A stretch of DNA of 64,000 nt from a virus (lineage: Duplodnaviria > Heunggongvirae > Uroviricota > Caudoviricetes), in IMG/VR virus record IMGVR_UViG_3300023174_000099, positions 1 to 64,000 of that record; one strand, written 5' to 3'. Positions 1 through 8,160 of this stretch are shown piece by piece (positions within the stretch are counted from its first letter, which is position 1; each line of letters starts with the position of its first letter). The position numbers and the translations under genes were made by a program. The notes under the pieces are model-generated. The model was not told the origin of the DNA. It saw only the letters and a program-made list of their open reading frames with translations, and did no database searches.

Positions 1-20
1 GGGGGGGGGGGGGCGGGGGA
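1..20. repeat. Poly-G run at window start; likely contig-end/assembly or terminus artifact
   Basis: 19 of the first 20 bases are G, in an otherwise AT-rich genome. Confidence 0.5.
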
Positions 21-30
21 GGGCCGAAAA

Positions 31-226
31 TCCTTATTGATAATGCGTCGCAATAGCAGCAATGGCTGGGCCCGATATAATGCATTATGTTCAATAGATT
101 TATCCCAATGAATCCAATGGGTTAGGTCGCTCCCACATGATAAAGCGTATTATGTTCAATGGCCAAAAATCCGAATGATACAATATATCCTATCACGAGC
201 CTTATTGATAATGATTCGCAATAGCA
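31..226. repeat. Two copies of direct repeat CCTTATTGATAATGnnTCGCAATAGCA (31-58, 199-226) in a non-coding terminal region
   Basis: Direct comparison of the sequence at 31-58 and 199-226; no ORF in 1-370. Confidence 0.6.
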
Positions 227-374
227 TGATACAATATCTCATAACATCCCCTATAGCCTGCTGCGCCAGTGCAAAAGTAGTAATATAATAATGTTACGTG
301 TATATTGCGCCAAAACGAGTAGTAGTTCAATAACTATTATTTTCCGCGTGGGAGGGTAGCAAAAATTTAGTGCT

Positions 375-403
375 TGACATTATGTCTCTTTTTTGGTATT
401 ATG
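375..403 (+). promoter_or_regulatory. sigma70-type promoter: TTGACA-17-TATTAT, start codon near the TSS
   Basis: TTGACA 375-380, TATTAT 398-403; ATG at 410. Confidence 0.55.
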
Positions 404-409
404 TATATT

Positions 410-1159
410 ATGAAGAAATGGACCTACGAGGAAAACGAGCTTATAACATCAAACAAGGCTAATGGTAAATCCTATGCCGAGATTACTAAATTACTACCTG
501 AGCGCAGCTATACTGCTGTAAGACTTCAAGGCTTTAAATTGCTTGGAGGGATAAACAAGAAAACGCCTTGGACATACAAAGAAGAAGAAGAGCTTCTTAC
601 TTTACGAGGGCTAGACTATACTTACCCTGAAATTGGTGAGTTGATGAATAGAACCAAAGATTCTATAGCTGTCAAAGTTCAAAACCTAGTAAAAGAGGGT
701 AGAACTCAACCGAAACTTCCTAATTCATATACTAAAGAAGAATTAATAGATATAGTTAAACAGTACAAAAAAGTCACACTATGTCCATATGATAAACTAT
801 ATCATATAAAGAAACAATTTGGTAGCTGGACTAATGCAGCAGCAGAGGCCGGTATAGCTTTTAGTGGGCTAGACCCTTCTATAAATACTACACTATATTT
901 ACTGGACTTCGGTAAATTTTATAAGATTGGAATAACTCAGCAAGGTATAAAACATAGATTTTATGGTGTACAGCTAGAGTACCGGGTAGTGGACTTACTA
1001 GACACTACCCTACTAGAAGCTAAGCAGATGGAAAAAGAGGTTCTTAAACATATTATTAAATATTCGTATCGGCCAGAGAAATTAAAAGGTAACGGGTCAA
1101 CGGAGTGCTTTATTCCTCCACGGCCAATTCAAAGCCTGGAGGAAATCTTCGACCTATAA
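410..1159 (+). CDS. T5orf172/MUG113 (GIY-YIG-like) domain protein with N-terminal Myb/SANT-like HTH repeats (paralog 1 of 5)
   Basis: ORF track 374..1159. Start moved to ATG 410 (MKKWTYEE) because of the promoter position. WTxEE..L repeats at N-terminus. C-terminal YLLDFGKFYKIGIT...ECFI motif matches T5orf172. Confidence 0.7.
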   Translation: MKKWTYEENELITSNKANGKSYAEITKLLPERSYTAVRLQGFKLLGGINKKTPWTYKEEEELLTLRGLDYTYPEIGELMNRTKDSIAVKVQNLVKEGRTQPKLPNSYTKEELIDIVKQYKKVTLCPYDKLYHIKKQFGSWTNAAAEAGIAFSGLDPSINTTLYLLDFGKFYKIGITQQGIKHRFYGVQLEYRVVDLLDTTLLEAKQMEKEVLKHIIKYSYRPEKLKGNGSTECFIPPRPIQSLEEIFDL

Positions 1160-1176
1160 AAGCGCGCCTGCGCCAA

Positions 1177-1205
1177 ATTATAGCAGAGTGCGAAACCAAT
1201 GTCAA
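1177..1205 (-). promoter_or_regulatory. Minus-strand sigma70 promoter: TTGACA-17-TATAAT, antisense to the upstream plus-strand gene
   Basis: Reverse complement of 1177-1205 reads TTGACAttggtttcgcactctgcTATAAT. Confidence 0.5.
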
Positions 1206-1248
1206 GCGATTTTTTCAGCTGCCGTCCCACATTACGCGAATTTAAGAG

Positions 1249-1277
1249 TTGACTTTCTCAGCCCGATCCCCTATATT
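1249..1277 (+). promoter_or_regulatory. sigma70 promoter: TTGACT-17-TATATT
   Basis: TTGACT 1249-1254, TATATT 1272-1277. Confidence 0.5.
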
Positions 1278-1339
1278 ATTTATATCGAGAGGGCGGACGA
1301 GCCGATGAGCGCAGACCCCGCCTCTCCCGAAAAAAGTAG

Positions 1340-1368
1340 TTGACTGGGCCTGCTCAGTTTGCTATAAA
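1340..1368 (+). promoter_or_regulatory. sigma70 promoter: TTGACT-17-TATAAA with upstream A-tract
   Basis: aaaaaagtagTTGACTgggcctgctcagtttgcTATAAA. Confidence 0.55.
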
Positions 1369-1393
1369 GAATGGGACAGAAAGGAAGAAGGAA

Positions 1394-1795
1394 ATGAGTT
1401 TTATTTCAACTCTCAAAAAATTCTTCTTGACTGTCCAATCCCAACCGGCTATAATGGCCATCTCAACTGACGGAGAGAAGAACATGACTAAGACCATCGA
1501 AAAGAACTACACTGAAGCTCAGGAAGCCGAAATGCTCGCTCTGGGTACCATCGACAACGCTACCGCGACCATGCTTGCCACCAAGTTCGGCAAGAATGTT
1601 GCCAGCATCCGTGCCAAGGCCGTGCGTCTTGGCGTGTACCAGGCGAAGGAACGTGTTTCCAAGTCTGGTGCTGCTATCGAGCGCAAGCAAGCCATCGTGG
1701 CTGAAATCGCCTCGCTGGTCGGTCGCAACATGGAGGGCCTCGAAAAGGCTCCCAAGCAGGCTCTCGTGGCGATCCGCGCTGCGCTGAGTGCCTGA
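1394..1795 (+). CDS. Hypothetical protein with conserved HTH-like module (YTE..L...G.N.ASIRAKAVRLGVY); member of a 4-paralog family
   Basis: ORF track 1340..1795. Start chosen at ATG 1394 after RBS gaaaggaagaaggaa. Motif shared with 11751..12092, 34773..35129 and 38888..39604. Confidence 0.55.
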   Translation: MSFISTLKKFFLTVQSQPAIMAISTDGEKNMTKTIEKNYTEAQEAEMLALGTIDNATATMLATKFGKNVASIRAKAVRLGVYQAKERVSKSGAAIERKQAIVAEIASLVGRNMEGLEKAPKQALVAIRAALSA

Positions 1796-1894
1796 TTAAT
1801 GGGGAAGCGAGTGGGTAACTAACTCACATACCTTCCCGTCAGGAAGCGGGGACAGTTGGAAATCAACTGTCCCCAACCTTCTAAAAAATTGTTC

Positions 1895-1923
1895 TTGACT
1901 TGTAGTGCCAAATTTGCTATATT
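1895..1923 (+). promoter_or_regulatory. sigma70 promoter: aaaattgttcTTGACT-17-TATATT (copy 1 of a duplicated 45-bp promoter)
   Basis: Identical over about 45 bp to the promoter at 2055-2083. Confidence 0.6.
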
Positions 1924-2054
1924 GTTTAAGTAATGGGACGCCGTCTACAAGTAGAGTCCGGTGTTTAAATCAAGAGATAAACTCGTGTGCTGAAACGCTA
2001 CATCTGATAGCAATATAGTAAGACGAAAACTCTTGGCCCAGCTTAAAATTGTTC

Positions 2055-2083
2055 TTGACTTGTAGTGCCAAATTTGCTAATAT
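2055..2083 (+). promoter_or_regulatory. sigma70 promoter: aaaattgttcTTGACT-17-TAATAT (copy 2 of the duplicated promoter)
   Basis: Sequence identity with 1884-1923. Confidence 0.6.
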
Positions 2084-2092
2084 AAGGAATAG

Positions 2093-2692
2093 ATTGATGG
2101 CCCATCCATCAATCTAGGGGCAGCCAAAAGCGATGGCTTTAAAGACAGGTTCCCACGTGGTCTAACCGATCAACCTGTCGCCCATTTTTGTTTTGACCTA
2201 GATACGACTTGGGTTCTACCAAGCGTGAGAATGCTAGGACAGGAAGCGACAATCTGGTGCTTCAGTTCTACCTAGATACCGCGTACTTTCGAGTACAACG
2301 TGATAATGCTAGGAGACATTCGGCCCGACTCTGAGGGCCAGCACTCTACTAGTATGAGTTAGATTACTAGTGCTCAACCTACCAGTGAGCTTAATTTGTG
2401 GGGGGTCTGCCTGCGGAGGTGATTCGCAGGCAGTAACTTGGACATTGAGAGTGGCTAATCAATGTCGCGAAGTTTTGCCACGAAGATGGCAGGTGCCATG
2501 CACGAAGTACTTCTAGCTAGAGTACATCTTCAACGACGACGAAGGGTTGGGTCGCTCCCACCTATGACTAGACTGTGGCTTGCGCTAGCTAGTCTGAGAT
2601 AAGTCGAGGTTAAGCAAGTGGAGACCTTCGCGGGGACCCTCCAGTATAACACCTAGAGCGCATCAGTGGTCGAAAGACTGCTGGTGCGCTTT
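2093..2692 (+). ncRNA. Candidate promoter-driven noncoding RNA of about 600 nt, GC-rich and structured, with internal direct repeats
   Basis: No plus-strand ORF of 60 aa or more. Only a 6-codon ORF follows the promoter. Ends at a hairpin plus T-tract (2651-2697). Internal repeats ctagatac...gataatgctagga occur twice. Confidence 0.3.
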
Positions 2693-2697
2693 TTGCT
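2651..2697 (+). terminator. Rho-independent terminator-like hairpin followed by TTTTTGCT
   Basis: gcgcatcag...ctggtgcgc stem followed by tttttgct. Confidence 0.45.
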
Positions 2698-2704
2698 GCG
2701 CCAA

Positions 2705-2733
2705 ATTTTAGCAGAAATCTAGTGCGGAGTCAA
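2705..2733 (-). promoter_or_regulatory. Minus-strand sigma70 promoter: TTGACT-17-TAAAAT
   Basis: Reverse complement reads TTGACTccgcactagatttctgcTAAAAT. Confidence 0.45.
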
Positions 2734-2798
2734 CACAAATTTTTAGGGTGCTGCCAGATTTTTCTTAAAAAAATACCCCGCCGAAGCGAGGTACTTTC

Positions 2799-3120
2799 TT
2801 AACCATTACCAAACAGGTTCCCATCGGCACCCCGCTTGAAGAAGCCCGCCTGAATAGCGAGCTGCTCCAGCCGCGGCATCTTGGTCTTCGTGAACGCATA
2901 CGACGACAGCTTGGGACGCTTCCGCAAGAGGTCGCTACGGCGAAGACCGTCCAGCTTTGCTAGGACAGCAAGCTGGCGCCCGAACTCGTACCCGGCAGTT
3001 GCCGTGTCGTAGTCGAAGGGCTCGTCGCTGTAGACGCTCATGAAGCCCCGAGCCTTTTCGGGGTACTTATTCAACCACGTCTCGAAGCTAACGGTTCGGC
3101 TGCTCTTAGAAAAATTGCTC
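2799..3120 (-). CDS. Hypothetical protein (107 aa)
   Basis: Minus ORF 2799..3248, trimmed to the internal Met (MSNFSKSS) which has RBS GGAGAGAAG and two upstream minus promoters. Confidence 0.5.
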
Positions 3121-3146
3121 ATTGCTTCTCTCCCTTTGACTTTCAT

Positions 3147-3175
3147 AATATAGCGCAAGGGCTCGAACAAGTCAA
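3147..3175 (-). promoter_or_regulatory. Minus-strand sigma70 promoter: TTGACT-17-TATATT
   Basis: Reverse complement reads TTGACTtgttcgagcccttgcgcTATATT. Confidence 0.55.
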
Positions 3176-3213
3176 CACCTATTTTAAGCAGGCTTAAAAC
3201 ACGCGCTTGCGCC

Positions 3214-3242
3214 AAAATTATAGTGCAAATTCTACGTGGTGT
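3214..3242 (-). promoter_or_regulatory. Minus-strand consensus sigma70 promoter: TTGACA-17-TATAAT, in tandem with the previous one
   Basis: Reverse complement reads TTGACAccacgtagaatttgcacTATAAT. Confidence 0.55.
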
Positions 3243-3314
3243 CAACACAAATTTTAAGCCATGCTAGGAAACTTCGTTTCCAAAGTTGCTTTCCTGCTTT
3301 GCTTTTTATTTGTG

Positions 3315-3343
3315 TTGACTTGAAGCCCAACTTAGTCTATATT
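3315..3343 (+). promoter_or_regulatory. sigma70 promoter: TTGACT-17-TATATT
   Basis: gtgTTGACTtgaagcccaacttagtcTATATT. Confidence 0.55.
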
Positions 3344-3367
3344 CAATTATCAACTGAGGAGAGAAGC

Positions 3368-3607
3368 ATGATTTACGTTCGTGAACACATTGAAAACCTT
3401 CTGGCCGCTTTAATCGGGGAGCGCCTGCAAGCTGAGATCTTTGACCATAACCCGCAGTGGCTAGGATTTAGCCTTGACATCGACATGCCGGAAGGCGACG
3501 AATTGTTTCGGTTTGATGTTCTAGTGGAAGATGGAGACGAGGGTCTCCTAGTTGTTGCTGATGGGGTGGTTGACCACAATTTTGATTTGATTTTGAACAT
3601 TCTGTGA
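3368..3607 (+). CDS. Small highly acidic hypothetical protein (79 aa)
   Basis: ATG 3368 follows RBS gaggagagaag. D/E-rich C-terminal half. Followed by a terminator. Confidence 0.5.
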   Translation: MIYVREHIENLLAALIGERLQAEIFDHNPQWLGFSLDIDMPEGDELFRFDVLVEDGDEGLLVVADGVVDHNFDLILNIL

Positions 3608-3610
3608 GAT

Positions 3611-3645
3611 TAGCCCGCTTAGTTAAGTCTAAGCGGGCTTTTTCG
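3611..3645 (+). terminator. Rho-independent terminator: agcccgcttag...ctaagcgggct + TTTTT
   Basis: Perfect 11-bp stem followed by a T-run. The TTTTTCGTACCTG tail is shared with the terminator at 18614. Confidence 0.7.
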
Positions 3646-3756
3646 TACCTGTGCCCGGTTAATGCGGTTTTAATGTACTTTATTCTAGCTGCGCCCAACG
3701 CAGAAGCGCCAAAAATTGATAGCTGGAGTGGCACTTTGAAGCAAATCTGGCGATTG

Positions 3757-4150
3757 AAGCTAGGTCAGCGAACTTCGTTCGCAAGCTACTGTGCGTGCGC
3801 AGCTAGTGCTAAGCTAATGTAAGCTAGTGATAATCTAACGCAGACAAAGAAAAAGCCCCACCCAGTAGGGCAGAGCTTGAAGCTAGGCTTGCGAACTTCG
3901 TTCGCCAGCTAGGGCTAGAATTATGCTAGGATAGATTGAACGAGATTGACGCGATGAGTTCGGCTTTGGTAAAGATTGAATACCAAAAAGCCCGTTGAAT
4001 CCACTTAAAATTTTTTAAATTCAATAAACGGATTTCGACTCTTGCTGATTTGTAGCTCGCTTTATTAGGTTGTAATAATGCCGTTAGCTTCGCTAACAAG
4101 CCATCGAACTTCGTTCGTCTCTTTATTAAGAGCTTCGAACTTCGTTCGAT
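3757..4150. repeat. Cluster of palindromic hairpin repeats GCGAACTTCGTTCGC (4 copies) in a convergent strand-switch region
   Basis: CGAACTTCGTTCG at about 3771, 3892, 4104 and 4133. Two copies lie inside a 35-bp direct repeat TTGAAGCTAGGnnnGCGAACTTCGTTCGCnAGCTA. Confidence 0.6.
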
Positions 4151-4360
4151 GACTTAATTCATGTTATTCTCAAGCTTAGAGTAACTTTCCCCTAGTCTGC
4201 CTTCCGACGTCCGCCTAAATGCAATGCTGCCGGACGGATCGTACTGGGGCCCCTACCCCAACCGCCGTCGTCATCATCGCGGCAAGGCCGCCAGAAGATC
4301 ATCCCAGGGATATCTTCTCTCTTACTTATGTTAGTATTATACATGAGTATAGTTTGAAAG

Positions 4361-4666
4361 TCAAGCACTATTTTTCCCAGGTTCGGTAGATCTGCGTAGA
4401 ACATTTAGCATCGAAGCTACGGTTCCTACGGAACAATCGAATTGACGGGATAATGCTTTGTTAGATGCTCCTTCATCTTTAAGACGAAGAAGTAGTTCTT
4501 TATCTTCCGTAGACCATTTGCGGTTCTTTTTAAGCCCGAGCTTATAAATCCTTGACTTTACAGCACTCTCGCTCCTGCCGGGCATTCGTACTGTGATCTC
4601 TCTAGCCGTGAAACCCTCCATCCACAGCTTGGAGATTAGTTCTTCTTCAATTTCTGTCCAGCGCAT
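4361..4666 (-). CDS. Myb/SANT-like HTH repeat protein (two WTxEE..L repeats)
   Basis: MRWTEIEEELISKLW... and RKWSTEDKELLLRLKDEG. Confidence 0.55.
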   Translation of the reverse strand: MRWTEIEEELISKLWMEGFTAREITVRMPGRSESAVKSRIYKLGLKKNRKWSTEDKELLLRLKDEGASNKALSRQFDCSVGTVASMLNVLRRSTEPGKNSA

Positions 4667-5225
4667 TTAGAATTGCCTCCGCCTCTTCTGAAGTAAGATT
4701 ACTTGTAAGCTTTCTAATTGTCTCTTTAGCATACATCTCTTGAGAACCAGTCTTAGCGGATAGTGCATTAATTAATGTTTTAGTCAGCTCCTGTGTATTA
4801 CCTGGAAGTTGAGCCTTACTAGAGAACATCCATGCAACTACATGCCCTTCATACAAAATAGTGGAATGATCGAACTTAAATCCCGTTTTTTGGGATATTT
4901 CGGCTCTAATTTCATTTTTCTTTTCAATAGTAGGAACGTTACTGATCTCTTTAGTAGAACCTGGATAAATAAGCTCGATAATAGCTAGCTTATCAAGAAG
5001 TTCTGGACTTAAGTCTACTTGAACTTTTTTCTCTACAATTTTAGTGCCATCAGCAAACCGAAGCCTTCCATCCTCAGCTAGACGACGTGCTTTTCGTGAA
5101 ACTCTATCCCAACTAGATGTTGCGTGTACTAGTGCCTCAGTAATATCATCTTTAGCCGCTCTGATAGATGGGTGCTTTGAGCAGATTTTAATTAGTGTAT
5201 CTTCTTCTTCTTTAGTCCAGCCCAT
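4647..5225 (-). CDS. Hypothetical protein with N-terminal Myb/SANT-like HTH (MGWTKEEEDTLI)
   Basis: ORF track; start overlaps the upstream gene. Confidence 0.55.
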   Translation of the reverse strand: MGWTKEEEDTLIKICSKHPSIRAAKDDITEALVHATSSWDRVSRKARRLAEDGRLRFADGTKIVEKKVQVDLSPELLDKLAIIELIYPGSTKEISNVPTIEKKNEIRAEISQKTGFKFDHSTILYEGHVVAWMFSSKAQLPGNTQELTKTLINALSAKTGSQEMYAKETIRKLTSNLTSEEAEAILNALDRN

Positions 5226-5694
5226 AATGTCCTCCTAGTATATCTTTAACTTTTTGTATATTTGATTCATTTACTAGCTTCTTAAAAAACTGAAAGCCAG
5301 CTGGGTTAATTGGATCAACTACTTCTAACTCATCCGCTAGGTCATACCAACGGTTGCGGTAAGCTTCTACTTTAATACGAGCAATATCTCTTTTTAAAAC
5401 TCTAGAGTCGGTTTGCTTAGCTTTATTCCAAATTTCATCGAGAGTCTGGCCTTGTAATGAATAGTCTAGCACTAGTCTCTCAATATCCCGCCTATTGTAT
5501 TCGCTGAATAGCTTTTGAAATCTATTATTATCTAGCTCACGTTCTACCAGAATAACAGCCATATCAGTTATATAATCTTCAGACGTATCTATCATTATGC
5601 CACCGTAGTCTTCTACAATAGCTTGTTCTACAGTAGTTATATTATTTCTTTTTAAGTATTTTCTAAGTTTATTTATATCTTTTTTAGTTAACAT
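5212..5694 (-). CDS. Hypothetical protein (160 aa); first gene of a minus-strand operon
   Basis: RBS GAAAGGAGG before ATG at 5694; promoter at 5733-5761. Confidence 0.55.
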   Translation of the reverse strand: MLTKKDINKLRKYLKRNNITTVEQAIVEDYGGIMIDTSEDYITDMAVILVERELDNNRFQKLFSEYNRRDIERLVLDYSLQGQTLDEIWNKAKQTDSRVLKRDIARIKVEAYRNRWYDLADELEVVDPINPAGFQFFKKLVNESNIQKVKDILGGHYGLD

Positions 5695-5732
5695 TTAATC
5701 CTCCTTTCTTTTCTCGTATTGAGAATATACAT

Positions 5733-5761
5733 ATATTACAACTTTTTGATTAAAAAGTCAA
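5733..5761 (-). promoter_or_regulatory. Minus-strand sigma70 promoter: aatagttcTTGACT-17-TAATAT
   Basis: Reverse complement of 5733-5770. Confidence 0.55.
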
Positions 5762-5806
5762 GAACTATTTTCTCCCAACCCCTCAAAGGCAACACCGCTG
5801 AATTTA

Positions 5807-5835
5807 GTTCTTGACCAACCGAGGGGTTTGTGTTA
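5807..5835 (+). promoter_or_regulatory. sigma70 promoter: TTGACC-17-TATATT, duplicated at 6557-6590
   Basis: Promoter plus leader with RBS ataaggagagaa is repeated before the 6616 gene. Confidence 0.5.
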
Positions 5836-5859
5836 TATTAAATCATAAGGAGAGAAGTA

Positions 5860-6552
5860 ATGCTTTATATTGAAAACAAGAATAACGTATCTGGCGATGC
5901 TTGGGTCTCTGGCAATGCTTGGGTCTCTGGCAATGCTGAGGTCTATGGCGATGCTAAGGTCTTTGGCAGTGCTGAGGTCTATGGCGATGCTATGGTCTCT
6001 GGCAATGCTGAGGTCTATGGCGATGCTAAGGTCTTTGGCAATGCTATGGTCTCTGGCAATGCTGAGGTCTCTGGCAATGCTATGGTCTCTGGCAATGCTG
6101 AGGTCTATGGCGATGCTTGGGTCTCTGGCAATGCTGAGGTCTATGGCGATGCTTGGGTCTCTGGCAATGCTTGGGTCTCTGGCAATGCTGAGGTCTATGG
6201 CGATGCTAAGGTCTTTGGCAATGCTAAGGTCTTTGGCAATGCTAAGGTCTATGGCGATGCTGAGGTCTATGGCGATGCTTGGGTCTCTGGCAATGCTGAT
6301 ATTCAATGTAATAACGATTGGTTCACAATTACACATAATGGTAATACTATTACCGGCTATCGTTCACGCAATGATCTAGGTTATGAGTTGAATATTGATG
6401 GTGTGGCTACTGAGCTTTCAGAACTTGGCGGCTCTACATACATCGCATCTCTTATCGCTAAGTTCACTACATTAAAGACTGAGTTAGACATTCGTATTGA
6501 AAATCTCGAATTTGAACTTGCAGAACTCAAAGCAATCAGAAAAGCTAACTGA
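5860..6552 (+). CDS. Hexapeptide-repeat (left-handed beta-helix type) protein with C-terminal coiled coil
   Basis: About 23 repeats of V-x-G-[ND]-A-x (VSGNAE/VYGDAK/VFGNAM). Strong RBS. C-terminus LKTELDIRIENLEFELAELKAIRKAN. Confidence 0.65.
   Translation: MLYIENKNNVSGDAWVSGNAWVSGNAEVYGDAKVFGSAEVYGDAMVSGNAEVYGDAKVFGNAMVSGNAEVSGNAMVSGNAEVYGDAWVSGNAEVYGDAWVSGNAWVSGNAEVYGDAKVFGNAKVFGNAKVYGDAEVYGDAWVSGNADIQCNNDWFTITHNGNTITGYRSRNDLGYELNIDGVATELSELGGSTYIASLIAKFTTLKTELDIRIENLEFELAELKAIRKAN
5886..6300 (+). repeat. Tandem 18-bp DNA repeats (about 23 units, e.g. ggcaatgctgaggtctat) encoding the hexapeptide repeats
   Basis: Visible periodicity. It creates artefactual long ORFs in other frames and on the other strand (5833..6336 minus, 5870..6379 plus). 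Confidence 0.8.
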
Positions 6553-6615
6553 AGCCAATATAGTTCTTGATTGGTTGACGGGTTTGTATTATATTAAGTC
6601 ATAAGGAGAGAACTA

Positions 6616-6798
6616 ATGAGTATTCATTATCTAGACAAAGACAGTGTGGAGTTTATTATGCAGCTTCGCTCGGTCTCAAAAGAGATCGCGCTATGGGCCA
6701 GTGAAGAACTACTTCGAGGAACTCCACTAGAGGAGGTAAAGTTGCGTATGAATACCATGGTTACTGAACTCGAAAAGCAGAGGAAAACCAATGTTTGA
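6616..6798 (+). CDS. Hypothetical protein (60 aa)
   Basis: RBS aaggagagaac; promoter/leader duplicated from the 5860 gene. Confidence 0.45.
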   Translation: MSIHYLDKDSVEFIMQLRSVSKEIALWASEELLRGTPLEEVKLRMNTMVTELEKQRKTNV

Positions 6799-6973
6799 TG
6801 TAATTGTTGATATTGACGAAGCGATCGCTCAGGAACTGTCGGATTGGTGCGATTTCAATCTCGATGGCTTCATGGGCTATGTGACTCATGGTAAGGGTCA
6901 TAAGTTCTATTTTGAGGATAAGACTGCCGCGAAGGCTTTTGAGATTCTTGTGCAGAGTGAGGAGTGGAACTAA
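6791..6973 (+). CDS. Hypothetical protein (60 aa)
   Basis: Start overlaps the upstream stop. Confidence 0.4.
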   Translation: MFDVIVDIDEAIAQELSDWCDFNLDGFMGYVTHGKGHKFYFEDKTAAKAFEILVQSEEWN

Positions 6974-7525
6974 TGAGTCCTGATGATATTGATGACATTG
7001 CGCTAGATGTATTTGATTTACTGGCTGACCTAGGCTGCGATCTAGGAGATGATGACTACGATCAACTTTCGTCTCTGCTTCATGACAAGCTGGGGCCTTT
7101 TGTAACTCGTGAGAGGAACTATAACTAGTGGTCTTCATAGTTCTCACTCTGAGGGACGGCTCTGTGCTAGTAGACTCCGTCTACAGGACGCTCGCCGAGG
7201 CCCAAGCCTGCGTAAGTTCAAAGTCAATCGAAACCGTCTGGATAGTAAGGAAACTAATCAAATGAATAAGTATGAACGCTGTATTACCTTTTTCGCCCTG
7301 TCGTTTCTAGTCTCCTCAACCTCCTCAGGTATTTGGAGTGCTATTGTGGCAATCATTCTAATTGTTTATGGCATCTGGACTCACTTTCGATGAGAATAGC
7401 AGTCTACCTTCTGTATGAGAAATCGTACCGAGATGAGAACGTTCGAGTCTTCTCTAGCCTAGAGAAACTTCAGGCCACACGTCGCAAGCGAGGGTATACA
7501 TATACCTATGAAAGAGTGATAGTCG

Positions 7526-8062
7526 ATGAAGTATAAAATCATCAAGAATGAAACCTTCGACGGCCAAGACTTTCGAGAAGTTTCGTTTCTAGGTGCCGAG
7601 CTAGAAAACTCCGTTTTCATGAACTGTAACTTCGGTGAGGCTCTTCTCACCGGAGTTATTTTCACATCCTGCGAGTTCTACGGGTGCAACTTCGATCTAG
7701 CGTATATCTTTCGCAGCCAGTTCAAGAACTGTCAGATAACCGATTGTAGCTTCACACAGAGTACACTCATGTCGACGGTTGACTTTCCCGGCACAACTTT
7801 CGTGGACGTCGTATACAATGATCTGCCTATTGGCCGACCACCACTTATCATCGACGGCATTGAATATCCCATCATCGCGCTAGACAATGGCTATATGCAA
7901 GTCGGGTGCGAGTTCAATACCTATGAGTGGTTTTATAATACTGACGAGAAGCACAGTGCCAGAATGGAAGGCTTGAAGGCCCGAAGGTTCTGGAAGAAGA
8001 ATAAGAAGTGGATTTTTAATATGCTAGAAGCAAGGGGGCTTTATGTACGTACTAATGACTAA
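7526..8062 (+). CDS. Pentapeptide-repeat protein
   Basis: Repeated A(D/N)LxG/F-type pentapeptides, e.g. NCNFGEALLTGVIFTSCEFYGCNFDLAYIFRSQFKNCQITDCSFTQSTL. Confidence 0.65.
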   Translation: MKYKIIKNETFDGQDFREVSFLGAELENSVFMNCNFGEALLTGVIFTSCEFYGCNFDLAYIFRSQFKNCQITDCSFTQSTLMSTVDFPGTTFVDVVYNDLPIGRPPLIIDGIEYPIIALDNGYMQVGCEFNTYEWFYNTDEKHSARMEGLKARRFWKKNKKWIFNMLEARGLYVRTND

Positions 8063-8160
8063 ACGTCCAGATAGACCAGGTTTTGATTATGTTGCACTGT
8101 TTGATACCTATCAAGAAGCAGCTTTAGCTGCTTTGAACCACAAAGAAGAAACTCTTATCT

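Noticed and set aside
1463-1787. Overlapping ORFs 1463..1690 (minus), 1519..1755 (minus), 1575..1787 (plus)
   Set aside because: They are embedded in the GC-rich coding region of the 1394..1795 gene. No RBS or promoter. Likely spurious.
4192-4404. Minus ORF 4192..4404 with Gly/Asp/Arg-rich product
   Set aside because: Overlaps the end of 4361..4666 and the hairpin-repeat region. Low-complexity, no RBS.
5886-6300. Possible CRISPR array, because of regular short repeats
   Set aside because: Repeats are contiguous with no spacers, period 18 bp, and lie inside a coding frame. Not CRISPR.
5833-6379. Long ORFs 5833..6336 (minus) and 5870..6379 (plus, other frame) with repetitive SIA(I/R)D and LAMLRS peptides
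   Set aside because: Artefacts of the 18-bp tandem repeat. Only frame 5860..6552 has an RBS, promoter and a non-repetitive C-terminal domain.
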